A program made the position numbers and the translations under genes. Shown here in pieces: positions 45,962-54,957 of a DNA stretch of 64,000 nt (the stretch's first letter is position 1; the number at the start of each line of letters is the position of its first letter). The stretch is from Verrucomicrobiota bacterium (GTDB taxonomy: Bacteria > Verrucomicrobiota > Verrucomicrobiia > Limisphaerales > UBA8199). Location: NCBI GenBank assembly GCA_029974925.1, contig JARKQH010000168.1, positions 888 to 64,887 of the forward strand, read 5' to 3'. A model generated the notes under the pieces. It was not told the origin of the DNA. It saw only the letters and a list, made by a program, of their open reading frames with translations, and ran no database searches.

Positions 45962-48352
45962 TTAGCAACAGCGGCGGACGCCGTTGAAACGGGCTTCGGT
46001 TGCCGCGAGATAAAGTCGCTGGTTGTTCTGGCGCTCGAGATTCGCACCGAGAGGGTCTTGGGAAGGGGCGGCGCATGGGCAAAGCGGAGCGTGGGCCTGT
46101 TGCAGGCGTTCGAACTGAGCCTGGCCGCAAAGTTCCTTGGCCAGCGCGAGCGCCAAAGCCAGCAAACTGACAAGGTGCAGCGGGCGGGATTCCGCCACGG
46201 CGTAATGGGGGAGCCAGACCGGCGGCGTCTCGTGCAGGACCGCCAGTTTGCGTCGCGCCAGCAACAGAATCCACTCCCGGACGCTGAGGCAGAGAATGGT
46301 GGTCATCAGAACCATGAACCCACCCGCAACCGCGGCATCCAGGAGGTTGTTGAACCGGAGGGTTCGGTTGGCGCGCAGGGCTTTGCGCGCGGTCTCAATT
46401 GCCGCCGGGTCTTGTAGAGCTTGTGCCGAAGCCAGGGCCTGTTCCAAGGCGGGACGGTTCTTTGCGAGCTGGGCGGCTTGGGCAAGGAACCCGATCCGGG
46501 GATCCGGATGCCAGACTTTTTGAGCTCCGGCAGTCATCGTCACTGCCAGCAACCAGACCAGCGGGAGGAGGGCGATTAAAGCCAGCGCGGGTCGGCCGCG
46601 GCGTGGCCGCACAGGTGGCGCCTCCGGCCCCGTGGAGAGGGGTGCCGGAAAGGAAGGCGCAAGCTGCATTTTGAGAAGAATCGTGGTGGCCAGGCACAGG
46701 GCGATGCCGGCGAGCATCTGATTGGCAATGCCGAACAGGGGCCAGAGCGAATTGATGCCGCCCAGCGGATCGCGAACACCCTGGATCAGGAAATATCCCC
46801 AGCCACCCACCATCAGGAGGCTGGCAACAAGATTGGCCCGGAGGCTGCGCGTGTCCCCCAAGGGCTTCCAGACCTGGCCCAGCATGTCCTGAAGAAGGTA
46901 GCGCCCAACGCGGGTGCCCGCATCAATGGTGGTGAGGATGAACAGCGCTTCAAACATGATGGCGAAGTGATACCAAAGGTCGAGCCACCGCCCGCTCACG
47001 GCGTTGGAGAAGATTTGAGCCATGCCGACAGCGAGGGTGGCCGCGCCACCGGTGCGGCCAAACAGCGAGTGTTCACCGATCTGCCCCGCCAGTTCGTCCA
47101 TGTGCTCGACCGTTACGGGGAAGCCCAGAGCGGTGACTTTTTCAACCGTGGCGGCCGGCTCCCCTTTGACATTCATGCTGAGGTAAACGCCGGGCTCCAT
47201 GGTGCAGGCGGCGATCAGCGCCATCATCGCCACCAGCGACTCGAGGCACATCGCGCCATAGCCAATCGGGCGGGCATACGACTCGCGGGTGATCAGCTTG
47301 GGCGTCGTGCCGCTGGCGATGAGGGTGTGAAATCCCGAGATGGCGCCGCAGGCAATCGTGATAAAACAAAAAGGAAACACTTTGCCTGAGAAAACCAGTC
47401 CGCTCCCATCCACGAACCGCGTCAGCGCGGGCAGTTTCAGGTCCGGCAGCACCAGGAAAATCCCCAACGCCAGGGCGAAAATGGTGCCCAGTTTCATGAA
47501 CGTGCTGAGGTAATCGCGCGGCGCGAGCAGCAGCCACACCGGCAAAATACTGGCCATGAGGCCGTACAAAATGATGGCCCAAGCCAGATTCAGGTCGCGC
47601 AGACTGAACAGGCGCGCAAGCTCCGGGCTTTCATACACAAGTTTTCCGCCCCACACCGCCAACAGGAGCAGCCCCACCCCGATCACGGACCCCTCGAGCA
47701 CTTTTCCCACGCGCCAGAATCGGATGTAATTCCCCATGAACATGGCAATCGGGATGGTGGCGCCCACCGTGAACACGCCCCACGAACTCTCCGCCAGAGC
47801 CTTGACCACCACCAGCGCCAAAACCGCCAGCAGAATGATCAGGATGGCCAGAATCCCAATCAGCGCGATGAATCCCGCCGTCGAGTTGAGCTCCTCTTTC
47901 ACCATCTGCCCGAGGGACTTGCCGTCGCGCCGCATCGAGCAGAACAAAATCATGAAATCCTGGACTGCACCGCCAAGCACCACGCCAATCAGAATCCACA
48001 GCGTTCCCGGCAGATAACCAAACTGGGCCGCCAGGACCGGACCCACCAGCGGCCCGGGACCCGAGATGGCGGCAAAATGATGGCCGAACACAATCCACTT
48101 GTTGGTTTTCACGAAGTCCTTGCCATCCTCGTGGACTTCCGCGGGCGTGGCGCGGCGGTCGTCGAGAACCAGGACGCGCGTGGCAATCCATTTTGAATAA
48201 AAACGGTAGCCGATGGCGTAGGTGCACAATGCCGCGATCAGCAGATAAGCGGAGTTGAGCGGCTCGCCGCGCTGGAAGGCGACGGCGGCGTAAGCTCCCG
48301 CGCCAGCCAGGGCGATCAGGAGCCAGAACAGGTTTAGAGCCAGTTTTTTCAT
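45962..48352 (-). CDS. cstA: carbon starvation protein CstA (peptide/pyruvate transporter family) with a fused YbdD/YjiX-like C-terminal tail
   Basis: CstA N-terminus YRFYSKWIA..VL.LDD.R.TPA and FGHHFAAISGPGPLVGPVLAAQFGYLPG. About 90 extra C-terminal residues ending ...ERQNNQRLYLAATEARFNGVRRCC. Confidence 0.85.
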   Translation of the reverse strand: MKKLALNLFWLLIALAGAGAYAAVAFQRGEPLNSAYLLIAALCTYAIGYRFYSKWIATRVLVLDDRRATPAEVHEDGKDFVKTNKWIVFGHHFAAISGPGPLVGPVLAAQFGYLPGTLWILIGVVLGGAVQDFMILFCSMRRDGKSLGQMVKEELNSTAGFIALIGILAILIILLAVLALVVVKALAESSWGVFTVGATIPIAMFMGNYIRFWRVGKVLEGSVIGVGLLLLAVWGGKLVYESPELARLFSLRDLNLAWAIILYGLMASILPVWLLLAPRDYLSTFMKLGTIFALALGIFLVLPDLKLPALTRFVDGSGLVFSGKVFPFCFITIACGAISGFHTLIASGTTPKLITRESYARPIGYGAMCLESLVAMMALIAACTMEPGVYLSMNVKGEPAATVEKVTALGFPVTVEHMDELAGQIGEHSLFGRTGGAATLAVGMAQIFSNAVSGRWLDLWYHFAIMFEALFILTTIDAGTRVGRYLLQDMLGQVWKPLGDTRSLRANLVASLLMVGGWGYFLIQGVRDPLGGINSLWPLFGIANQMLAGIALCLATTILLKMQLAPSFPAPLSTGPEAPPVRPRRGRPALALIALLPLVWLLAVTMTAGAQKVWHPDPRIGFLAQAAQLAKNRPALEQALASAQALQDPAAIETARKALRANRTLRFNNLLDAAVAGGFMVLMTTILCLSVREWILLLARRKLAVLHETPPVWLPHYAVAESRPLHLVSLLALALALAKELCGQAQFERLQQAHAPLCPCAAPSQDPLGANLERQNNQRLYLAATEARFNGVRRCC

Positions 48353-48409
48353 TGACGAACCAAGCGACCTTGACGGCGGGGCCTTCAAAGTCCGTGAAAA
48401 ATCCGCCCG

Positions 48410-49960
48410 CTACCGCCGGCGACCTCCCAGGATGCCGCCCAGAACGCCGCGGACGATCTGCCGGGTGATGCCACCCACCACGGCCGTCGTCACGGTCCGG
48501 GCGGCGCTCTTGGCGACGAGGGTGCCGAGCGAGTCCGGGGTCCGGCCCCCCGCGCGTTTGGGTGCGGTTGGCAGGACTGGCGCCGGTGCGGTGGAGGCGC
48601 GGCTGCCGAAAAGGGATTCGAAAAAGCCGGGCTTGTCTTGGTGGGCTGCCGGCGCCTGGCGTTGGGCGGGGTTGGCGCTGATCGCGCCGACCAGACGCTC
48701 GAAAGCCGATTCCCGATCAATGGCTTGATCGTAAACACCCGCGACAACGGAGTCAGTCATGACCGCCCGCCGTTCGGCCTCGCTAATGGGGCCGACCTGA
48801 CTGCGAGGCGGCAGGACAAAAGCGCGCTCGACCACTCCCGGCTGGCCGCGCTCGTCCAGCATCGAAACCAGCGCCTCGCCCACGCCCAGTTGCGTGAGCG
48901 TCGCCTCGGTGTCGAGTTTCGGATTGACGCGGAAGGTTTGGGCGGCGGCTTTCACCCCTTTTTGATCGGCCGGCGTGAAGGCGCGCAAGGCGTGCTGAAT
49001 CCGGTTGCCAAGCTGGCCCAACACCCGCTCCGGAACATCGCGCGGATTCTGGGTGACAAAAAACACGCCTACACCCTTGGAGCGCACCAATCGGACCACT
49101 TGCTCGATCTTCTCCAGCAGCGCCTCCGGCAGGTCGTTGAAAAGGAGATGGGCTTCGTCAAAAAAGAAGACCAGCTTCGGCTGCGGCAGGTCCCCCACTT
49201 CGGGCAGGTTCTCAAACAATTCCGACAGCATCCACAGCAGCACCGTGCCGTAAACCTTGGGGGCCTGAAGCAGTTGATCCGCGGCAAGAATGTTGATCAC
49301 GCCCCGCCCTTGGGAATCGGTTTGCAGGAGGTCCGCGAAGTTGAGGGCCGGCTCCCCGAAAAACGCGGCGCCACCCTGTGACTCCAGCGCGAGCAAATTC
49401 CGCTGGATGGCCCCGATGCTGGCGGCGGAGATGTTGCCATATTGCGTCACAAACGCGGCCGCGTTCTGTCCCACGTGGTTGAGAACGGCCCGCAAGTCCT
49501 TGAGGTCCAGCAGCAACAAACCATGCTCGTCCGCGATCCGAAATACCAGGTTCAACACCCCCGCCTGAGTCTCGTTGAGATTCAACAGCCGCGCCAGCAA
49601 GAGCGGGCCCATCTCCGAGAGGGTGGCGCGGACCGGGTGGCCTTGGCGGCCAAAAACGTCCCAGAAGGTCACCGGCCAGCCCGTTGGCGCATAGTCCCCA
49701 AGCTTCAACAAAGCGATTCGCTCCTGAACCTTGGCGGATTGTCCACCCGGCTTGCAGAGACCCGAAAGGTCGCCCTTCACGTCAGCCAGAAAAACCGGCA
49801 CTCCGCGGGCGCTGAAGTTTTCCGCAAGGGTCTGGAGGGTAATGGTTTTGCCCGTGCCGGTGGCCCCGGCGACCAGACCATGCCGATTGGCCATTTGCGG
49901 CAGAAGAAACAGGTCGGTCCTGGTGTTCCGCGCAATCAAAATGGGCTGTTGGGCGCTCAT
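48410..49960 (-). CDS. HerA-like P-loop ATPase, DUF853 (YjgR) family
   Basis: Walker A VAGATGTGKT. DUF853-type N-terminus FLADVKGDLSGL. Walker B-like LVFFFDEAHLLF. Confidence 0.8.
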   Translation of the reverse strand: MSAQQPILIARNTRTDLFLLPQMANRHGLVAGATGTGKTITLQTLAENFSARGVPVFLADVKGDLSGLCKPGGQSAKVQERIALLKLGDYAPTGWPVTFWDVFGRQGHPVRATLSEMGPLLLARLLNLNETQAGVLNLVFRIADEHGLLLLDLKDLRAVLNHVGQNAAAFVTQYGNISAASIGAIQRNLLALESQGGAAFFGEPALNFADLLQTDSQGRGVINILAADQLLQAPKVYGTVLLWMLSELFENLPEVGDLPQPKLVFFFDEAHLLFNDLPEALLEKIEQVVRLVRSKGVGVFFVTQNPRDVPERVLGQLGNRIQHALRAFTPADQKGVKAAAQTFRVNPKLDTEATLTQLGVGEALVSMLDERGQPGVVERAFVLPPRSQVGPISEAERRAVMTDSVVAGVYDQAIDRESAFERLVGAISANPAQRQAPAAHQDKPGFFESLFGSRASTAPAPVLPTAPKRAGGRTPDSLGTLVAKSAARTVTTAVVGGITRQIVRGVLGGILGGRRR

Positions 49961-50063
49961 GACCCGCAGGGTAATGCGCCCATCTCGGAGCGCAAGGGCG
50001 GAACTTGAGCCCGCGGGGCGAATTCTGCTAAGAAAAAGAGGCATCAAAACGGAACAACCAAGC

Positions 50064-50675
50064 TTGATTTATGAACTGAGGTCCATCCTCGAACGGATTG
50101 ACCCGGCCCGGTTGTTTCCGCGCGCCCAACCCTTGGAAATCGAGTTGGGCTGCGGGGATGGTTCCTTCCTTGTCGAATACGCCCGGCGGCATCCCGAGCG
50201 GAATTTCATCGGCGTGGAACGGCTTCTGGGACGAATCCGAAAGCTTGACCGCAAAGGGAGGCAGGCGCGTTTGACCAACCTGCGCGGGGTCCGCCTCGAA
50301 TGCGCCTATTTCCTCGAATACCTGGTCCCGCACCACTCGGCCGCCGCCTTGCACCTTTATTTCCCGGACCCTTGGCCCAAACGACGCCATTGGCGGCACC
50401 GGCTCGTCAATGAGCGGTTTCCGACAGTCGCATGGCGCGCGCTTGCGCTCGGCGGGACGGTCTATCTCCGAACCGACCATCCGGCCTACTTCCAACAAAT
50501 GCGGGAGGTTTTTCAGGCGCGACCGGACTTTCGCGAGGTCGCCACACCGGCGGAGTTGGCGTCGCTGCTGACGGACTTCGAGCGGGAATTTCAGGCGCGG
50601 GGCGTGCAGACCCTGCGCGCAGCTTACCAAACGGTCGGGCCAGCACCCCAAGCGGAACCTGCCGCTCGGGCCTAA
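50064..50675 (+). CDS. trmB: tRNA (guanine46-N7)-methyltransferase
   Basis: EIELGCGDGSF..., NFIGVE, and FPDPWPKRRHWRHRL. No in-frame ATG is nearby, so the TTG at 50064 is proposed as the start (uncertain). Confidence 0.8.
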   Translation: MIYELRSILERIDPARLFPRAQPLEIELGCGDGSFLVEYARRHPERNFIGVERLLGRIRKLDRKGRQARLTNLRGVRLECAYFLEYLVPHHSAAALHLYFPDPWPKRRHWRHRLVNERFPTVAWRALALGGTVYLRTDHPAYFQQMREVFQARPDFREVATPAELASLLTDFEREFQARGVQTLRAAYQTVGPAPQAEPAARA

Positions 50676-51109
50676 ATATCAATCACCGGCCCATTGTCGT
50701 CATCCCGGTTGGGCGGGCGGCGGCGGCGGACCTCGACGCGGGATTTGCCGGTGCCGGTCAGGAAGTTCAGCACGGTGGAGACGATGCTGATGATCAGGGC
50801 GCCCAGCAGGGCCCAGCCAAAACCGTCAATCTCAAAATGATTTCCCAGCAGCAGGCTGACCAAATAAAGCATCAGCGCGTTGATCACCAGCATGAACAGG
50901 CCCAGGCTGAATACCAGCAGGGGCAGGGCCAGAAACATCATGACCGGCCGGATGAACGCGTTGAGAATGCCGAGCATTAGCGACGCCACAAAGGGTGTCA
51001 GCAAACTGTCATTCCGGAACCGGAGTCCAGGAACAAGATAGACGGCCACCAGCACTGCCAGAGTGTTGATGAGCCAGCTTTGCAGAAACTTTTTCAAACC
51101 AGGCTGCAC
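50672..51109 (-). CDS. phage holin family 4 / DUF360 membrane protein (YvlD-like)
   Basis: SWLINTLAVLVAVYLVPG...LGILNAFIRPV...LGLFMLVINALMLYLVS...IDGFGWALLGALIISIV. Start at GTG 51109 or TTG 51097 (no ATG). Confidence 0.7.
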   Translation of the reverse strand: MQPGLKKFLQSWLINTLAVLVAVYLVPGLRFRNDSLLTPFVASLMLGILNAFIRPVMMFLALPLLVFSLGLFMLVINALMLYLVSLLLGNHFEIDGFGWALLGALIISIVSTVLNFLTGTGKSRVEVRRRRPPNRDDDNGPVIDI

Positions 51110-51267
51110 GTGTCGGGCGGATGAAACACCTCCTGCAGCATGGCCGAGGAAGCGGAGATTGACAAGGGAACACCGCGAATCTGGGGACAGACCGGGGGCC
51201 GCGTGCACGGTTCTCCGCGAGCGGAGGGGTATCAACGAGCCGCACGGAGGGCTCGAGAATGCCGTGC

Positions 51268-54200
51268 TCAGGGCGCAATTCGGATTCGATAATAGCGCGC
51301 CGGGTTGGTGGGCGCGGCGGTGTCGGTGTAGGTGTCGGTGAATACCTGGGTCGAGGCAACCCCCGGCGGCGCCGGGTCCATCTCGTTGGTTAAGGGGCGC
51401 GTCACGTCCTTGAAACTGCCGGTGAAGTTCCCGTTCGTGTCCGAATTGGAGACTTGGATGCGGTACCGCGTGCCCCCTGCCGAGGCCCACGCCAGATTGA
51501 CCCAGCCATTGGTGAGGCGTTCCAGGCTCAAGATGCGAAAAGCCGAGGCGGCATTCGTTGGGTTGGTGTTCGCCCGATATTCTTCGTAATTGCTCTGTCC
51601 GTCCTGATCTTCATCCCCCGCCGGGTCGGTGATGCCATAAGCGGCTTCCCATGCATCCGGCAGGCCGTTGGTATTATCATCTGGCGGGGCAATGATCGCC
51701 AGATTCAGCGTGGCAATCGAACTGGTGGCCTGGCCGTCAGTGGCAGCGAACGTGAATCGGTCCGTGCCCCGGAAACCGTGGGCAGGGTGGTAGGTGACCG
51801 TGCCCGCCTCGGGCACAAAATCACGCAGCAGTCCCTGGGTGGTCGGCGCGCGGATTTGGAACGTCAGGGCATCGCCGTTGGGGTCCGAGGCGGTCAGCGT
51901 CAGGTTGGTGGGTGCATCGCCGAAGATCGTGCGGCTCAGGTTCACCACGGTCGGCGGGTTGTTGGACTGTCCCGTGCGAAACCGCCAGACGGGGCTGGTG
52001 GCGGTCTGGCCACTGCCATCGGTCACGGTGACAAACCACTCGTAAGACTTGCCGGCTTTCAAGCCGGGCCAAACGCAACTGCTCACACTGCCCGGCTGCA
52101 ACCCGGCCTCCGTGCCCAGGACAACGAAGTTCGTGTCCGGCGGAATCCGGCCATCGGCTTGCAGGTTGTAGGGGAACGAAAACTCGCTATCCTCGTCCGC
52201 CTCGTATTGACGCAGCCAGGGGGAGTAGGTTTCGACCCGGACGAGGTTGTTGCTGGGAGAGAAGGTCATGATGCGCAGCAGGCCCTGCCCGCCGTTGTCG
52301 TAAAACTGATAGTCGGAAATCAGGGAGTGAACCGTGTTTCCAGCAAAGGTATCCTTGCGCCAGCCTTCGCCGCTGACATGGCCGCCCAGCATGAGGAACA
52401 GGTTGGTGTGCCCTTTCAAGGCGTGGTAGATGGCGCTGGCCTGCGCGCTCAGGGTGGTGGGCGTTTGCGCGCCCCCCAGGTAGTGGGTCACGACAATGGC
52501 GCGGCGGTGGGCGTTGGTGCGGAGCACCTCGCTGCCCCAGGCGAGCACCGCCGGATTGGCGTTCGTGTCATACTCGAAATACAACACGATGAAGTCCAGG
52601 CCGCTGGCGCTGAAGAAGTCGAAGTGGTTGTTGTTATTGGTGCCGTAATGGCCGCCGTAATACGACCGGCCCGCGAAACGCGACACGCCGAAGTAGGTGT
52701 TGTAGTAGAGGGTCGTGCCATTGGGATCGCCATTGGGTTCCTGGTCATGATTGCCGACCGCCACGCCATAGGGAATGCCATCCGGCAGTTGCGTGCGGTT
52801 GGGGTTCTCGAGGCGGTACATCGCGTTGGTGGCATTGCGCCACTGTGTGAGATTGGGCTGCCCCTGATAAATGTCCCCGTCGTTGACGATATCGCCGAGG
52901 TTGGACACGTAAGCAATGTTGCGCGCCACGCGGTTGGTGATGATCCATTCGGTTTGGGCGATGAACATCTCCTTGGTGCCGCCATATTTCTCCGCGGCGT
53001 AGTTCTGGGTGTCGGGTAGCAGGACAATCGAGAAATCCGGCGCCGGGTAGGGGACAAACACCTCGCGGCCATAAAACCTGGCCGTCAGGTTGCCCGGAAC
53101 GTGGTTGGTGACCAGCACCTGCAGAGCGGTTGACACCCCGGCATTCGGCGTGTTGTTCGTGGGCGAAATCAAGTGGGCTCGGGCGGGAACCAGCAGCGCT
53201 GTCACGTTGGCCGGATCCAGCCCATGATACGCCGGGTCGGCGCTTACCGCCGGCGAGAGGACCAGCATGTACGGCAGAACCTCGGTCGAGGGATTGTTCT
53301 GGCCGGTCACCGTTACCGTATGCGGCACGTTCCACTCATGAGGTCTGAAGGTCAGGGTGGACGGGCTGGGAATGCCGCGGCCAGGTTGGCTGCTGCTGAC
53401 CGCGACGGTGACGTTCGTAGCAGGGCGGGAATGGAGCACCACGCTGAAAGTCGCCGTCCCGCCATAGGCGGCAGTCACCAGGTTGTTCGTGGGAGTGACC
53501 GTGAAGCCGGGGGACGGCGCGGGGATGAAGACAAACGAGGCCACCGGTTCGTTGTCCGGCGTCTGCAAGCCGTTTCCGGGGGTGTCGCGGGACTGGATTT
53601 CCCAGCCGTCCCCGGTGATTTGATAGCTCAGGATATTATCACCGTTCCATGCGCCGCCGCCCTCGGGCGAGAGAATCAGCACGCCATTGGTGGGCGAACG
53701 GCCGGGAATGCGCAAGTCCCACCTTCCCGGGCCGAGATTGGTGACGGTGAATTGCGGGCTGGCGCCGCTGAACAGGTCAATGCTTCCGTCGCCCCGGAAG
53801 CGCCCCGAGATAAGGGCCGTGTTCGTCCGCGGAATGAAGACAAACGCAACCGGGTCCTGCTCGTAACTGGAGTAGGCAGTCTGGGCATTGTCACGGACGA
53901 AAACGTTCCAGGTGCCGTCGTTGGTGTTAACTTGAGACAAGGCGAAATTGTTCTCGTCTTTGGCGCCGCTCACCAGCAGCACCCCGCTGGTCCGCGAGTC
54001 AATGCCGTGGCTCCGGAGGTCCACGACCGAGCGGCCCGCCGCCACGCCCCGGAAGTGCGTGCCCAGCACCAGACCCGGCGAGCCGGTGAAAAGGTCGTTT
54101 GTTCCGCCGTTGACGCCGGCCGAGTTGCGCGCGAACCCGCCAAGATACCGGTCGTAGGGAAACCATGCCGCCGCCACGTTCACGTTATACTCAATCGCAT

Positions 54201-54945
54201 TTCCCGCCCCGCCTTCCGTCGCAAGAAACGTCACGATCCGATGCGCGCCGCTGGCGTTGGTCTCGAACGCGGAGATGGGGTAGCCGTTTGATCCAAAGTT
54301 GTCGCGGCCGTTTTCGGTCACCGAAGTCATGACCACCCCCCGCTGCGCATCTTCGACGGACTCTGTGCCCACGCCCACGCGAAAGCTGTAGTCGCCGCGG
54401 TTGTAGGAAATCAGTTGAAAATTGTTGATGCTGAGGGTCTGGATCACCTCGGCGTTGTTGTTGGTTTCAACGTCCGAGACCTGATTCACTTTCAGCATGC
54501 CGGCCGCCACGCCATGATGAACCGGTTCCGCAAGGGCTGATGAGGCAACCAGGAGCAAAACGGCCAGAGCGGAAGCCACGCCAATCGCGGTCGTTGCCGC
54601 CGTGAATGCCTGCCCGGCGGCGGCTGGAGACCCATCCCGCGACGGTTGGGCAGCACGGACATTTCTGTCCGCCCGCTTTCGGCGACTCCTGCCTTCCAGA
54701 CGGACAAGAATGTCCGCGCTCCGACGGAGGATGCGACGCGTGGTGAGCGGCGATGATGGGGCGGCCGCCACGTCCGGGACCGGGGTTGTTTCAAACGCAG
54801 GAGAAATACGCATCGGAGGATTGGCTGGCCCGCCACCCCGGCGGCGGTGGCGGCTCATTCGTGCAAGTTCGCCTTGGGGCGCCAAGGGCCCGGAAAAAAG
54901 CGGGACGGCGACTCCGCCGTCCCGCTTCGAAACACCATAAGTCAA
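51268..54945 (-). CDS. giant secreted protein: shared N-module, Calx-beta/cadherin-like repeat, calcineurin-like metallophosphoesterase core, Ig-like domain, TSP3-like acidic linker, YYRI tail
   Basis: Signal-like TAIGVASALAVLLLVASSALA. Metallophosphoesterase motifs LPDTQNY, GDIVNDGD, GNHD, VVTHY and GGHVSGEG. Linker DEDQDGQSNYEEYRANTNPTN. Ends ARYYRIRIAP. The true start is uncertain because the signal peptide begins at about aa 115 of the maximal ORF. Confidence 0.8.
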   Translation of the reverse strand: MTYGVSKRDGGVAVPLFSGPLAPQGELARMSRHRRRGGGPANPPMRISPAFETTPVPDVAAAPSSPLTTRRILRRSADILVRLEGRSRRKRADRNVRAAQPSRDGSPAAAGQAFTAATTAIGVASALAVLLLVASSALAEPVHHGVAAGMLKVNQVSDVETNNNAEVIQTLSINNFQLISYNRGDYSFRVGVGTESVEDAQRGVVMTSVTENGRDNFGSNGYPISAFETNASGAHRIVTFLATEGGAGNAIEYNVNVAAAWFPYDRYLGGFARNSAGVNGGTNDLFTGSPGLVLGTHFRGVAAGRSVVDLRSHGIDSRTSGVLLVSGAKDENNFALSQVNTNDGTWNVFVRDNAQTAYSSYEQDPVAFVFIPRTNTALISGRFRGDGSIDLFSGASPQFTVTNLGPGRWDLRIPGRSPTNGVLILSPEGGGAWNGDNILSYQITGDGWEIQSRDTPGNGLQTPDNEPVASFVFIPAPSPGFTVTPTNNLVTAAYGGTATFSVVLHSRPATNVTVAVSSSQPGRGIPSPSTLTFRPHEWNVPHTVTVTGQNNPSTEVLPYMLVLSPAVSADPAYHGLDPANVTALLVPARAHLISPTNNTPNAGVSTALQVLVTNHVPGNLTARFYGREVFVPYPAPDFSIVLLPDTQNYAAEKYGGTKEMFIAQTEWIITNRVARNIAYVSNLGDIVNDGDIYQGQPNLTQWRNATNAMYRLENPNRTQLPDGIPYGVAVGNHDQEPNGDPNGTTLYYNTYFGVSRFAGRSYYGGHYGTNNNNHFDFFSASGLDFIVLYFEYDTNANPAVLAWGSEVLRTNAHRRAIVVTHYLGGAQTPTTLSAQASAIYHALKGHTNLFLMLGGHVSGEGWRKDTFAGNTVHSLISDYQFYDNGGQGLLRIMTFSPSNNLVRVETYSPWLRQYEADEDSEFSFPYNLQADGRIPPDTNFVVLGTEAGLQPGSVSSCVWPGLKAGKSYEWFVTVTDGSGQTATSPVWRFRTGQSNNPPTVVNLSRTIFGDAPTNLTLTASDPNGDALTFQIRAPTTQGLLRDFVPEAGTVTYHPAHGFRGTDRFTFAATDGQATSSIATLNLAIIAPPDDNTNGLPDAWEAAYGITDPAGDEDQDGQSNYEEYRANTNPTNAASAFRILSLERLTNGWVNLAWASAGGTRYRIQVSNSDTNGNFTGSFKDVTRPLTNEMDPAPPGVASTQVFTDTYTDTAAPTNPARYYRIRIAP

Positions 54946-54957
54946 GCGCCAGCCGGC

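Noticed and set aside
48410-49960. The HerA-like DUF853 ATPase as a possible anti-phage defence module.
   Set aside because: It stands alone between cstA and trmB. It has no nuclease, SIR2, DUF4297 or other effector partner and no mobile-element context. This is consistent with the widespread housekeeping-context YjgR family.
50672-51109. The holin-family (DUF360) gene as the remnant of a prophage lysis cassette.
   Set aside because: No endolysin, spanin, integrase, or phage structural or regulatory genes are nearby. This family is common as a chromosomal membrane protein.
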